A stretch of DNA of 64,000 bases from Cetorhinus maximus. Taxonomy: Eukaryota. Positions within the stretch are counted from its first letter, which is position 1; every line of letters begins with the position of its first letter. Both the position numbers and the translations under genes were made by a program. The notes beneath the pieces were generated by a model. The model ran no database searches, was not told the origin of the DNA, and worked only from the letters and a program-made list of their open reading frames with translations. Shown here piece after piece: positions 52,301-64,000 of the stretch. The stretch covers positions 141,360,001 to 141,424,000 of the forward strand of contig NC_135879.1 in assembly GCF_964194155.1 (NCBI RefSeq), read 5' to 3'.

Positions 52301-52911
52301 GACCGTTTTAAATATTTCTTACTGCTATTTTTTCCTTTGTCAACTTTTCTTCCTTAGCTTCATTCTCATCACCTCAAAATCTGGTTTATTTTCCCCAGCT
52401 ATTACTTTGGTCTTTGTTTTATTTATATTTTTCTCAATCCTTATTTTAAACTTTGTTATGATAGCTATTGCATTGATTATTCTTGCTTCTCTTAGTTACT
52501 CGAACCAAATTATACTTTTCAGGTAAAGTGTTGAGTGGTTCATATAGAATAAAAACCAAGGGAGACTTCACATTGGCCCAAATAAACTGGTGTGAAGAGG
52601 AAGGGAAAGGGGAATGGAGTTTTCAGTATATTCAGAATTCCTATCTTACCAGTACATAAGAAGCCCAACAAGAGAAAAATCACTAATATATAACTAAATG
52701 AACCATATCAATTAAGAGAAGCAAGAATAATCAATGCAATAGCTATCATAACATACGGTTTAAAATAATGACTGGTGAGTCAAATATAAATAAGGCAAAG
52801 ACCAAAGTAATAGCTGGGGAAAATAAACCACATTTTGAGGTGATGAGAATGAAACTAAGGAAGAAAAGTCGACAAAGGAGAAAATAGCAGTAGGAAATAC
52901 TTAAAATGGTT
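52301..52911. repeat. Inverted repeat with about 200-bp arms (52301-52497 / 52710-52911)
   Basis: For example attttccccagctattactttggtctttg pairs with caaagaccaaagtaatagctggggaaaat. Two ORF-track peptides on opposite strands are near identical. Confidence 0.92.
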
Positions 52912-54085
52912 GTCAAGAGTTCAGGAGAAATATATTCTGCTAAAAACCAGGAACAAACTTGCCAATAATGACACACCATGGATGAATAAAGAGATAAGTC
53001 TAAAACTGAAACCAAAAAAGGCATTCATTAAGCACAGAGACTATAAAGTAAAAGATAACATAATGGAATACAAAGCAGTCAGGAAGGAAGTCACAAAACC
53101 ATTAGGAAAGAAAAAAGTTAAATTATCAAGGAATATAAAAAGGAGCAGTAAAATATTCTATAGACACATGAATAAACAAAAAAAATAGGGTAGGGGTAAT
53201 AAAGGACACACTAGATAAACTGGTAATGACAGTAAAATGGCATAAACATTGAATAGTTATTTTGCCTAACCAGGGAGACTAACAAGGTAGCCTTGCCATT
53301 CAAGGAAGATATCAAAAAAGATACAAGGACATTTTAGAAAGAAAATGGGGAGATAATTGATAAACTCTAAACTTGGAAGAGAAACCCAGATGGATTGCAC
53401 GCACAATATTAAAACAAGTTATGGAGGAGATAGCAGAGACACTATTGCATTTTTATATAAAACAATTTATTAGAATGGAAATAGTTATCTGCCAGTTATT
53501 CCTAAATTTAGAAAAGGTGATAGATCAAGACCCAGGAACTGACCAGTTACCTTAATGTCAGTGGTAGGAAAGGGAATGGAATCTTTACTCAAGATGTAAT
53601 AGAAAAACATCTGGCAATTGAAATTATAATCAAGAGTGCTAAGTATGGATTTCAAAAGCGAAGGTCAAGCTTGACCAACCTTACTAAATTCTTTGAAAAA
53701 GCGACAAGGGTAATGCAGTAGACATAAATATATTTGGATTTTCAAAAGGCCTTTGATAAGGCAACGCATAGTAGACTCGTGACTACAGTCAGAGGATAGC
53801 AACTGAACAAGCTGTTAACAAAAAAAGAGCAGGGGTTAACAATAAATGCTCAGATTGGCATAAGGTGCTCTATGGGGATTTGTGTGGGGAGCACTGTTGT
53901 TAACAATTTGCATTATTGATTTGGACTTATGAATCAGAAGTTTAATATGAAAATCTGTGGATGACACCAAATTGGGACGTCTAATTAATAGGCAAGGAGA
54001 ATATTACAAAATCCAAGACAATCTTAATTTTGCAAAATGGGAGTCTAATTGGCAAATGAATTTTAATTATGAGGAGATTTATTCA
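52700..54085 (+). mobile_element. Old CR1 ORF2 fragment
   Basis: PWMNKEI, LSRNIKRSSKIFYRHMN, ttggattttcaaaaggcctttgataag (LDFQKAFDK) and gatgacaccaaattgg. Confidence 0.8.
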
Positions 54086-54450
54086 CAGAGGCAAAGGGCA
54101 TGGCAAAGGTGCTAAAATATCTTTACCAAGGAAGATGCTGCTGGAGAATAGTGAATGAGGGGGTAAATGACATACTGGACAGGCTAAAAATTGAAGAACA
54201 ACTACTATTGGAAAGGTTGGTGATACATAAAATTGGTAAGTCACCAGGACCAGATGGGATGTTTTTGAGGATGTTGAGGGAAGTAAAGTTGGACATTGCA
54301 GAGTACAAGACATAGCCAATCTTCCGCCTTAGATATGGGATAGTACCAGAGGCCTGGAGAATTGTTCAAAAAAGGGTGAAAGGATAAACCCAGCAAATCC
54401 AGGCCAAGTCAGTTCAATCTCAGTGGTGGCACAAAATTAACAGTCACTTA

Positions 54451-55954
54451 GGGTAGGATTTTGCATTTTGGGTCAGGTGTTGAGGTCAAATGGAGGTCCT
54501 GACCTATATGCACTATGTCAGGAACATTGTCTGCAAGTGATTTTCCTTGAATTGTCCAATTGGCAGAGGGCGCATCATCATCCAAGTGTCATGAAGCTAT
54601 TAATGTATATAATATTTTGGAAAATATTTTTCTTTTAAAATAGAGGTTTAGTCTGCGGGTGTGTCTTAATTAGATTAAAGTCAGCTAGTCTGGGTGGTTT
54701 GATATGTACTAGTTTGAGATGTAAATAAAGTCAGCTAGTCTGGGTGGTTTGATATGTACTAGTTTGAGATGTAAATAGAGAGGTAGAGTGTATTTGCATT
54801 TTCTGAATAGAACATTCAAGAAGTGGGGTGAAAACTTGATGCCTTTCTAGCAGCTACCAAGCAATATGTTTATAATACCAATAAAATTTGGTACAATGAA
54901 TGGGGTTTCAATGTTAAAAGGTAAAGTTCAAAGAGACTGGTGAAACAATGAGAATTTGAATTCAATCTGTGGTGGTAGGTATAACTTCAGTAGTTTTTGG
55001 GTGTGCAGGGCAGAGGCAATGTAAGATCAAAAGGCGGCTGTAAGCCTCCAACTGGCTCCACAGTGAAAAGAACCTCATTTTGAATTTGTAAGGTGAAAAT
55101 GCTTTGCCTGTTGTTTGGTTAAGTCTATGGGTTGCTGTTGCCTTAATGGAGATTAGTTTGGGAATTTGTTTAAAAGTCATGATAGTAGTAATTTGTAGTC
55201 ATGTGTACATATATTTTAACCTGTGTAAACTACTAAAATGTTTCATTTAGTTTAATGTAAAACCTCGAGAACAGGTGGTCTGATTCCTGAATTTAGAGTC
55301 ACATCTCAAACATAACTCTTAAATTATAGGTTATGACAGTTATATAAAGTTTCCTTCTGGGAATTTTAAATAACTCCGCTTTACCAACCACATCGGTCAT
55401 AACACCAAGTAAGGACAGCAGGCAAGCTCTCGAAGGTAGAGAGCCAATAGGAGGTCTCCGCACAGAAGGAGCTGCAGCCTGCTATTGCAGGTAATGGAGA
55501 GAGAGGCTGCCTCCACCTTGAGCTGCTCTCTGAACAACTCTGAAAAATGTAAACTAAAAAATGGCCACAGCTGCCAGGCTATCATTGTGGAGGAGGAACT
55601 CCTCCACAGGGCAGCCTGTAGCTATAGCCAGGCTGACAGGAGAGGTGGGTCAGAGTCTGCTTGGAGCACTAACCCCACCCAGGTCTGGTGCTGGAACACC
55701 ACCTCCAGGCAACTGGCCTGCTTCAATTGCTGCAAGCCTACTGCAAAATTTTAATTGGCCTCTAATAATTGGCTTTAGTTGGCTTTTAACACATTAATTA
55801 GGTGCCTGCCTCTGGTGGGTTGGTAGACCTTCTGCCCCGATCTCACCTCTGGGAAAATGTCTGGGAGCAGATGCTGCTGGCACACAGGCCAGCGGCACAA
55901 AATTACGTGCCCGCCCGCCTCTGGTATCACCCCCATATCATGAAAATTCTGTCT
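54451..55954. mobile_element. Non-autonomous TIR element (Harbinger/MITE-like) inserted in CR1
   Basis: CR1 text cactta|...|(g)tagacaag is split. Ends are gggtaggatttt and aaaattctgtct, with a TA/TTA-type target duplication. Confidence 0.65.
54587..55404 (+). mobile_element. Solo LTR (818 bp) with 5-bp TSD
   Basis: Termini TGTCATGA...TCATAACA. CCAAG at both 54582-54586 and 55405-55409. Internal 50-bp tandem duplication at 54676-54777. Strand is tentative. Confidence 0.82.
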
Positions 55955-57064
55955 GTAGACAAGTGAAGATTAATTTTAAAAACTCAGCAGGGATTTGTAA
56001 TAGGCAAATCATATCTAACTAACTTGATTGAGTTTTCTGATGAGGAAATGGAGAGGATTGATGAGTGTATTGCATTTGACGTAGTCTGTATGAACATTCA
56101 AAAGCCATTTCAGAAGGTGCCACGTAATAAGCTTGCCAGTTGAAGCTGATGGAATGAAAGGGACAGTGGCAGCATGGATACATGGTTGGCAGAGTGACAG
56201 GAAAAGGTAGTGGGGAATAGTTCTTTAGCCTGGAGACAGGTATACAGTGGGGTTTCCCCAAGGGTTGGTATTAGGACCACTGATTTCCTTGATATATATT
56301 AACAACTTAGACTTGGGTATACAAGGCAAAGCTTCAAAATTTGCAGGTGTCATAAAACTTGGCAGTGTTGGGAACTTTTATAAAAGTGCATTTTGGTATA
56401 GGAAGAATGAAAAGAGGAAATGTAAACTAAAGGGTACAATTCTAAATGGGGTGCAGGAAGAGAGACCTGGAGGTATATGCGCACGAATCATTAAATGTGG
56501 CAGGGCAGGGTGAGAAAGTGTAAAAAGGCATTTGTGATTCTGGGCTTTATAAATAGAGGCATACAGCACAAAAGCAAGGAAATTATAAGGAATCTTTAAA
56601 AAATACTGGCTCTGCCTCAACTGGACAATTGTGTACAATTCTGGACACCGCATTTTAGGAAGTATGTGAAGGGTTTAGGGAGAGTGTAAAAAAGATTTAT
56701 GCGAATGGTTGCAGGGATAAGGGACTTCAGTCACTTGGATAGATTGGAGAAACTATAGATTGGATAGATTGGGGTTGTCTCCTTCGAGAAGTGAAGTTAG
56801 GCAAGAGATTTGATAGAGCTGTTCAAAATCATGAGGGGTCTAGAAAGAGTAGATAGAGGGAAATTATACCCATTGGTGGAAGTGTTGAGAAACAGGGCAT
56901 AGATTTAAGGTTATTGGCAAAAGAACCAAAGGCAACATGAGGAAAAACCTTTTATGCAGCAAGTGGTTAGGATCTAGAATGCACTGCCTGAGTGCGAGGT
57001 AGAAACAGATTCAATAATGTCATTCAAAAGGGAATTCAATAAACACCTGAAGAGAAAAAAAATT

Positions 57065-57700
57065 GTCATTTGGTAGTACAAAACTTGAGTATTGCTGAAA
57101 AAAGACATTTTGTCAAAGCTTTTCATCTTGCACTCATCAGGACAATCACAAGAATACCAATGCCAGAGGAAGAAACAACTTTATACTGTATGAGAAGAGA
57201 GTGCTGATTGGTTGGAAAGTGGGCTCTGATTGGTAGAGACATTGCCATGGAGAATGCACCTGTTAATGGTCACTGTCAGTTAACTGTCAAGCATTGTTTG
57301 AAATTTAAACCAGACAGCTTGACTCTGATTGGTCAAGACATTTCCCTGAGGAATGAACTAGTGAATGGCTGTGACTTATTTTGTTTAACTGAAACAGGCG
57401 CAATGTGTGTGCATGTTCAGTCTCCAAAGAACATGGCCCTGTGTATTAATAAATGTAGCTTCCAGTACAAGTAAATGCACAACACCGTGAGCCTGACTGA
57501 TAATCTTAAATTGGTTGTCGGCATAATTTTTTAGCATACTGAAGATTATTTAGCAAATGTTGTCCAAGTGCGGAATCACATCTAACATTGGACACTGTGT
57601 TTTGAGTTTTGAAAGCACGACCTGCTTGGGTATGGTCTGTACCTTGCCTGTTGCGAACAGTGGAAGACACATGCTGTTTGATACGATATATTTTCAGCGA
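57065..57700 (-). mobile_element. Penelope-like 3' fragment, second family
   Basis: Minus strand translates to GIY-YIG C-terminal-like CDSALGQHLLNN..NQFKII..LEATFINTQG, followed by a 3' UTR with a hammerhead motif. It interrupts the CR1 tail. Confidence 0.65.
57110..57145 (-). ncRNA. Minimal type I hammerhead ribozyme motif
   Basis: Minus strand TTGTC CTGATGA GT gcaag AT GAA AAGCTT T GACAA: 5-bp stem I, canonical core, palindromic stem III. Confidence 0.7.
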
Positions 57701-57739
57701 TGCTCAAGAAAAAATGAAGGGCTACAGGGCTAAGGAACA

Positions 57740-60340
57740 AAAAAGATGCAATTACATTGCTCGGTGTAGTCGTCGGCCATCAACTAATGGGAAGGATGTA
57801 GAAGAACAAATTGCAAGGAAATTACAGACAGGTGCAAAAACTATAGGGTAGTTATAATGATGGACTTAATTATCCAAATATAGACTGGGTTAGTAGCAGT
57901 GTAAAGGGCAATGAAGGGGAAGAGTTCCCAGTGTGTGTTCAGGAACATTTTCTACAACAGTATGCTTCTAGTCCAATGAGAATGTAGGTATTGCTAGATG
58001 AGATTCTTGAGAATGAGGTGGGACAAGTGGTTCAGGTGTCAGCAAGACAACATTTAGGGGGAAAGTGATAATTATATCAAGGTTTAGGCCGACTATGGAA
58101 AAGCACAAAGAACAATCCAGGGTAAGAATAATTAACCGGGTGAAATGGGGTAAGAACGGATCTGGCCGAATAAATTGGAGTCAAAGATTGGTAGGTAAAG
58201 CAGTAGCTGAACAATGGGTACTTTCAGAGAAGAGATAGTTTGGGTGCAGTCGAGGGATATTCTCTTCAAAGGGAAAAGGGAAAGGGAGGACAAACAAGGC
58301 AGAGCTCTCTGAATGACAAAGGGGTGAGAGATTAAGGTGAAGAAGGAAAAGTATGCTAATGGCAGGTGTCATGTAGAAAATACAACTGAGAACCAGGCTG
58401 AATACAGAAGTTTCAGAGGGTAGGTGAAAAACCAAATAAGAGAAGCAAAGAGAGAGTATGAAAAGAGGCTGCCAGCTAACATAAAAGGGAATCCCAAAGT
58501 CTTCTATCAGCATATAAATAATAAAAGGGTGGTAAGAGGAGGAGCAGGGCTCATTAGGGACCAAAAAGGGATTTAAGCATGGAGGCAAGGGCATGACTGA
58601 GGTATTAAGTGAATACAATGCATCTATGCTTACCAAGGAAGAAGCGCTCCAGTCCATGGTGAAGGAAAAGGTAATTCAGACACTAGAAGGGGTTATAATT
58701 GAAAAGGAGGTGGTATTGGATAGGCTGTCTTTACTTAAGCAGATATGGCACCAGGACCAGATGAGATGAATTCAAGGATAGAGGTTAGTGAGAGTGGAAA
58801 TTGCGGAGGCACTGGCCATAATTTTTCAGTCTTCCTTAGACTCAGGAGTGATGCCAGAGGACTGGAGAATTGCAAAGTTACACCCTTGTTCAAAAAAGGG
58901 TGTAAAGATAAGCCCTGCAACTCCAGGTCAGTCAGTTTAACTTAAGTGGTGGGAAAACTCCTAGAAACAATAATTTGGGACAAAATTAACGGACAAATGG
59001 GGTTAACTAAAGAAAATGGATTTCTTAAGGGAAAATCGTGTTCAACTAACTCACTGGAGTTTTTTGAAAAGGTAACAGAGAGGATTGATGAGGATAATAC
59101 AGTTGATGTGGTTTACATGAACTTCCAAAAGGAGCATGATACAGTGCTGCGCAACAGGCTTGTGAGAAAGGTTATAGCTCACGGAATAAAAGGGACAACA
59201 GCAACTTGGATAAGGAATTAACTGAGTGACAGGAAACAGAGTAGTGCAAATGGATCTTTTTCAGGCTGGAGGAAAGTTTGTCGTGGAGTTCCCCGGGGTC
59301 AGTGTTGGGATTCTTGCTTTTCCTAATACATAGATATATTAAAGACCTGTATCTTGGTGTACAGGGCACAATTTCAAAGTTTGTGGATGATACGAAACTT
59401 GGAAGCACAGTGAACAATGAGCAGGACATAGATAAGTTGGTGGAATGGGCAGACAGATGGCAGATGAAGTTCAACTTGGAGAAATGTGAAGTGATTCATT
59501 TTGGTAGGAAGAACATGTAGAGATAATATAAAATAAAGAGCACAATTCTAAAGCAGGTACAGGAGCAGAGGGACCTTGGTGCATAAGTCACTGAAGATGG
59601 CAGGAAAGGTTGAAAGAGCGGTTAAGAAAGCATACAGTATCATAGGCTTTATTCATTGGGGCATAGAGTATAAGAGCAAGGAGGTTATGTTGAATTTGTA
59701 TAAGACACTAGTCCAGCCTCAGCTGGAGTATTGCGTCTAGTTTTGGGCACCGCATTTTAGGAAGCATGTGAAGGCATCAGACAGAGTGCAGAAAAGATTC
59801 ACAAGAATGGTTCCAGGGATGAGAACCTTCATTATGAAGATAGATTGGAGAAGTTGGGACTGTTTTCCTTGGAGAAAAGGCAGCTGAAAGGAGATTTGAT
59901 AGAGGTATTAAAAATCATGAGGGATCGGGACAGAGTAGATGGGGAGAAGCTGTTCCTACTCGTGAAAGGATTGAGAATGAGGGGGCACAGATTTGAAGTA
60001 ATTGGTAAAAGAAGCAAAAGCGACATGGCGACAAACAATTTCATGCAGTGAATGGTTAAGGTTTGGAATGCACTGCCTGAGAGTGTGGTGGAGACGGGGT
60101 CTGCTGAGGCTTTCAAAAGGCAACTGGATAATTATCGGATAAGGAAAACTTTGGAGGGCTACAAGGTAAAGGTAGGGAGTGGCACTAGGTGAATTGCTCT
60201 TTCAGAGCCGCCTGCACAGGCATGGAGGGCGAATGGCCTCTTTCCGTGCTGCAACATTTCTGCGATGCTGAGGTAACGAGTGCAAGGACTGGCAAGAGCT
60301 AAATTGCCTCCTTCTGTGTTGTAACCATTCTATGATTCTA
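57740..60340 (+). mobile_element. Long CR1 LINE ORF2 (endonuclease to 3' tail), decayed, with doubled tail
   Basis: APGPDEM, VTPLFKKG, GFLKGKSCSTNSLEFFE, ISKFVDDTKLG, WADRWQMKFNLEKCEVIHFG and LGLFSLEKRQLKGDLIEV; tail taaccattctatgattcta. Confidence 0.9.
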
Positions 60341-60764
60341 TAAGTGGTGCATTTTGACAGAAGTGTAAAGAGGCCATACTCTGCTTGGATAATGAGTCTG
60401 AATAGAATAGAGGAGCAAAGGGGTCTAGGGGGACTGAAACACAAATCATAAAGTGGCAACACAGGTCAGTAAGACCATAAAAAGTACAAACCAAGCACGA
60501 GATTCAGGGATAGAACTGAAAATCAAAGAAGTTATGTTAATCTTGTATCGCATTTGGTTACACCCCACTTGAATTACTATGGACAGTTCTGGTCTCCATG
60601 TTATAAGAGATATAGAGGCATTGGTTTAAGGTGCAATAAAAGATTCACACAATGATATCAGGACTGAGAGGATGTGCTTATCAGGAAAGCCAGGATAGCT
60701 GGGGCACTTTTTTTTTTGGTAAGAGAAAGCTGAGGGGTGACCGACAGAATCTTTTAAAATACTG

Positions 60765-63341
60765 CTCAGCAAAGCACTTAGTTTCATACCCTTGCGCCCT
60801 CATCTCAATGAATTTCAGGCTCGGCACGATGCTGAACCCTTCTTCTGCCGCCTTCGTCTCCGTGCTCACTTCTTTGGGCAGGAGTCCGCTCCCCGTTCAA
60901 CTGATCCTTTTACCCACCTCCAATGTTCTCCCTCCACCTGGATTCTTACCTTCTCTTGATCTTTTCATTGAGAACTGTCAGCGTGACATTAGTCGTCTCA
61001 ATTTCTCTGCTCCTCTCACCCACTCTAACCTGTCTCTCCCTGAACTTGCTGCACTCCGTTCTCTCAGGTCCAACCCTGACATTGTCATCAAACCTGCTGA
61101 CAAGGGTGGTGCTGTTGTTGTCTGGCGCACTGACCTCTACCTCGCAGAGGCTGAGCGTCAACTCGCAGACACTTCCTCCTGCCTCCCCCTGGACCATGAC
61201 CCCACCACTGAACATCAAGCCACTGTTTCCAGGACTGTTACTGACCTCATCTCCTCTGGAGATCTTCCCTCCACAGCTTCCAACCTCATAGTCTCCCAAC
61301 CTCGGACGGTCCGCTTCTACCTCCTACCCAAAATCCACCAACAGGACTGTCCCGGCAGACCGATCGTGTCAGCCTGTTCCTGCCCCACGGAACTCATTTC
61401 TTGCTATCTTGACTCCATTCTCTCTCCCCTTGTCCAGTCCCTTCCCACCTACATCTGTGATTCCTCTGACACCCTACATCATATCAACAATTTCCAGTTC
61501 CCTGGCCCCAACCGCCTCCTCTTCACCATGGACGTCCAATCCCCCACCGGGATGGTCTGATGGCTCTCTGCTTCTTCCTCGAACAGAGACCCGAACAATC
61601 CCCATCCATCACTACTCTCCTCCGTCTGGCTGAACTTGTTCTCACACTGAACAATTTCTTCTTAAACTCCTCTCACTTCCTCCAAATAAAAGGTGTGGCT
61701 ATGGGTACCTACATGGGCCCCAGTCTCTTTATGGGGTTTATGGAACATTCCTTGTTCCAGTCCTACTCCGGCCCCCTCCCATAACTCTTTCTCCGGTACA
61801 TCGATGATTGCTTCGGTGCTGCTTCATGCTCTCGTGTGGACCTGGAAAAATTTATTAATTTTGCTTCCAATTTCCACCCCTCCATCATTTTCACATGGTC
61901 CATCTCTGACACTTGCCTTCCCTTCCTTGACCTCTCCGTCTCAATTTCTGGTGATAGACTGTCCACCAATATTCATTACAATCCTAACGACTCCTCCAGC
62001 TACCTCGACTACAGCTCCTCACACCCCGCTTCCTGTAAGGGCTCCATCCCATTCTCTCAGTTCCTTCGCCTCCATCGCATCTGTTCTGATGATGCCACTT
62101 TCAAAAACAGTTCCTCTGACATGTCTTCCTTCTTCCTTAACCGAGGTTTTCCACCCATGGTGGTTGACAGGGCCCTCGACTGTGTCCGGCCCATCTCCCA
62201 TGCATCCGCCCACACACCTTCCTCTCCCTCCCAGAAACATGATAGGGTCCCCCTTGTCCTCACTTATCACCCCACCAGCCTCCGCATTCAAAGGATCATA
62301 CTCCGCCATTTCCGCCAACCCCAGCATGATGCCACCACCAAACACATCTTCCCTTCACTCCCCCCGGCGGCATTCCATAGGGATCGTTCCCACCGTGACA
62401 CCCTGGTCCACTCCTCCATCACCCCCTGCACCTCAACCCCCTCCCACGGCACCTTCCCATGCAACCACAGAAGGTGCAACACCTGCCCCTTTACTTCCCC
62501 TCTCCTCATCGTCCAAGGGCCCAAACACTCCTTTCAAGTGAAGCAGCATTTCACTTGCACTTCCCTCAATTTAGTCTACTGCATTCGTTGCTCCCAATGC
62601 AGTTTCCTCTACATTGGAGAGACCAAATACAGACTGGGTGACCGCTTTGCAGAACACCTTCGGTCTGTCCGCAAGCATGACCCAGACATCCCTGTCGCTT
62701 GCCATTTTAACACTCCACCCTGTTCTCATGCCCACATGTCCCTCCTTGGCCTGCTGCATTGTTCCAATGAAGCTCAACACTAACTGGAGGAACAGCACCT
62801 CATCTTCCGACTAGGCACTTTACAGCCTTCCGGACAGAATATTGAGTTCAACAATCTTAGATCATTAACTCTCTCCTCCATCGCCCCCCCCTTTCCGATC
62901 CCCCCCCCTCCTTTTTCCAATAATTTATATAGATTTTTCTTTTCCCACCTATTCCATTATTTTTAAATGTATTTCCATCCATTGTTTTATCTCTACCTTT
63001 TAGCCTATTTCGACCCCTTCCCTTCACCCCACCCCCACCAGGGCTATCTGTACCTTGCTTGTTCTGCTTTCTACCCTTAATTAGCACATTCCTTAGATAA
63101 TATCACCACCTTCAACACCTCTTTGTCCTTTTTTCTATGACATCTTTTGGCTATCTCCACCTATCACTGGCCCTCTATCCAGCTCTACCTGTCCCACCCA
63201 CCCCTTAAACCAGCTTATATTTCACCTCTTTTCTATTTTTAGTTAGTTCTGTTGAAGAGTCATACGGACTCGAAACATTGACTGTGTTCCTCTCCGCAGA
63301 TGCTGCCAGACCTGCTGAGTTTTTCCAGGTATTCTTCTTTT
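60765..63341 (+). mobile_element. Penelope-like element (RT + GIY-YIG), relatively young, 15-bp TSD
   Basis: IKPADKGGAVVVW, FYLLPKIH, GRPIVS, FTMDVQS, GVAMGT, RYIDD, LPFLDL and NLVYCIRCSQCSFLYIGETK, with few disablements. TCTTTTAAAATACTG at both 60750-60764 and 63342-63356. Confidence 0.95.
63245..63283 (+). ncRNA. Minimal type I hammerhead-ribozyme-like motif (variant core)
   Basis: AGTT CTGTTGA A GAGTC atacg GACTC GAA ACAT T GACT. Confidence 0.6.
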
Positions 63342-64000
63342 TCTTTTAAAATACTGTATTGAAACGTGTTTGATAGACATAGAGAACATTTTTCCTTGTG
63401 GGGGAGCCCAGAACTAGATGTCATAATTTAAAGATAACCACAAATAAATCAATAGGGAATTCAGGAGAAATATCTTCACCCAAAGAGTGGTAAAGACCTG
63501 GTGCTTGCTACCACAAGGAATAGAGAGAAATAACACAAGTGCATTTAAGGAAAAGCTAGACATGTAGGAGGGACATGTCCCTTTACTAGCCCCTTTTGCC
63601 TTGTACTATCATTTCTTTTGTTATTTAGTCGCTTCTGCCTTGCACATTATTGGAGACCTTTCCTTTTATTTTTCCTCTCTTCCTCACTTTGCCTTCTGTT
63701 GGTACTTATTTAAAACCTGATACACCTCTAACATTTTCAAGTCCTGATGGAAAGTCAGAGACCTGAAATATTAACTTTTTCTCTTATGTAACTTCTTCAG
63801 TTACAGCCTGACCAGCTGAGTATTTTTCTGTTATATATCAAGGGAAACCTATATTGCTTGAAAGATGGTTTTTGAATATTTTGATGTAAACATACTCTCG
63901 ATTAAATTAGCTAAAAACGAACACTTTTCGATAAAGCTAATTATGAATTACAACAGTACCTAACCAAAAATCTACCTACACAACAACTTTATGAAATACA

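Larger units (their letters stand above)
54085..57060 (+). mobile_element. CR1 LINE hosting a MITE and a solo LTR
   Basis: KSPGPDGMFLRMLREV precedes the insertion. GFPQGLVLGPLISLIYINNLD and the C-terminus follow it. Confidence 0.82.
60340..63570 (+). mobile_element. Older CR1 3' fragment split by the Penelope insertion (60340-60764 and 63357-63570)
   Basis: aagagaaagctgaggggtgac precedes the insertion; ttcaggagaaatatcttcacccaaagagtgg follows it. Confidence 0.75.

Noticed and set aside
54676-54777. Direct repeats as a CRISPR-like array (also the 20-bp doublet at 50346-50385)
   Set aside because: Each has only two adjacent copies with no spacers. They are simple tandem duplications inside TEs in a eukaryotic genome.
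60652-61560. 302-aa ORF as a novel gene
   Set aside because: It is a chance read-through from a CR1 fragment across the TSD into the Penelope RT.

Overview
This is vertebrate genomic DNA, most likely a shark or other cartilaginous fish judging by its CR1, L2, Deu-SINE and Penelope repeat content. It holds the conserved SLC10A4-ZAR1-FRYL block. SLC10A4 is complete (3 coding exons, + strand, 410 aa) and ZAR1 is complete (4 exons, + strand, 352 aa), starting only 633 bp after the SLC10A4 stop. The last four coding exons of FRYL lie on the - strand, one of them an 18-nt microexon. Most of the rest is nested, decayed transposable elements. The most notable observations are: (i) an apparently ORF1-less LINE family whose 5' end is a tRNA-like Pol III head, seen in two long copies, plus a SINE made of that same head fused to the LINE tail; (ii) three minimal hammerhead-ribozyme motifs in Penelope 3' ends, two with a covarying stem and a shared CUGUUGA core variant; (iii) the FRYL QMEVLA microexon with an SRRM4-type UGC; (iv) a Zar1-type TCS element in the zar1 3'UTR and LC8-like motifs in ZAR1; (v) a G4 minisatellite, a long intronic inverted repeat, and a solo LTR nested in a MITE inside a CR1. 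Exon coordinates were checked by hand for frame and splice sites. Repeat boundaries are approximate unless a target-site duplication (TSD) is given.
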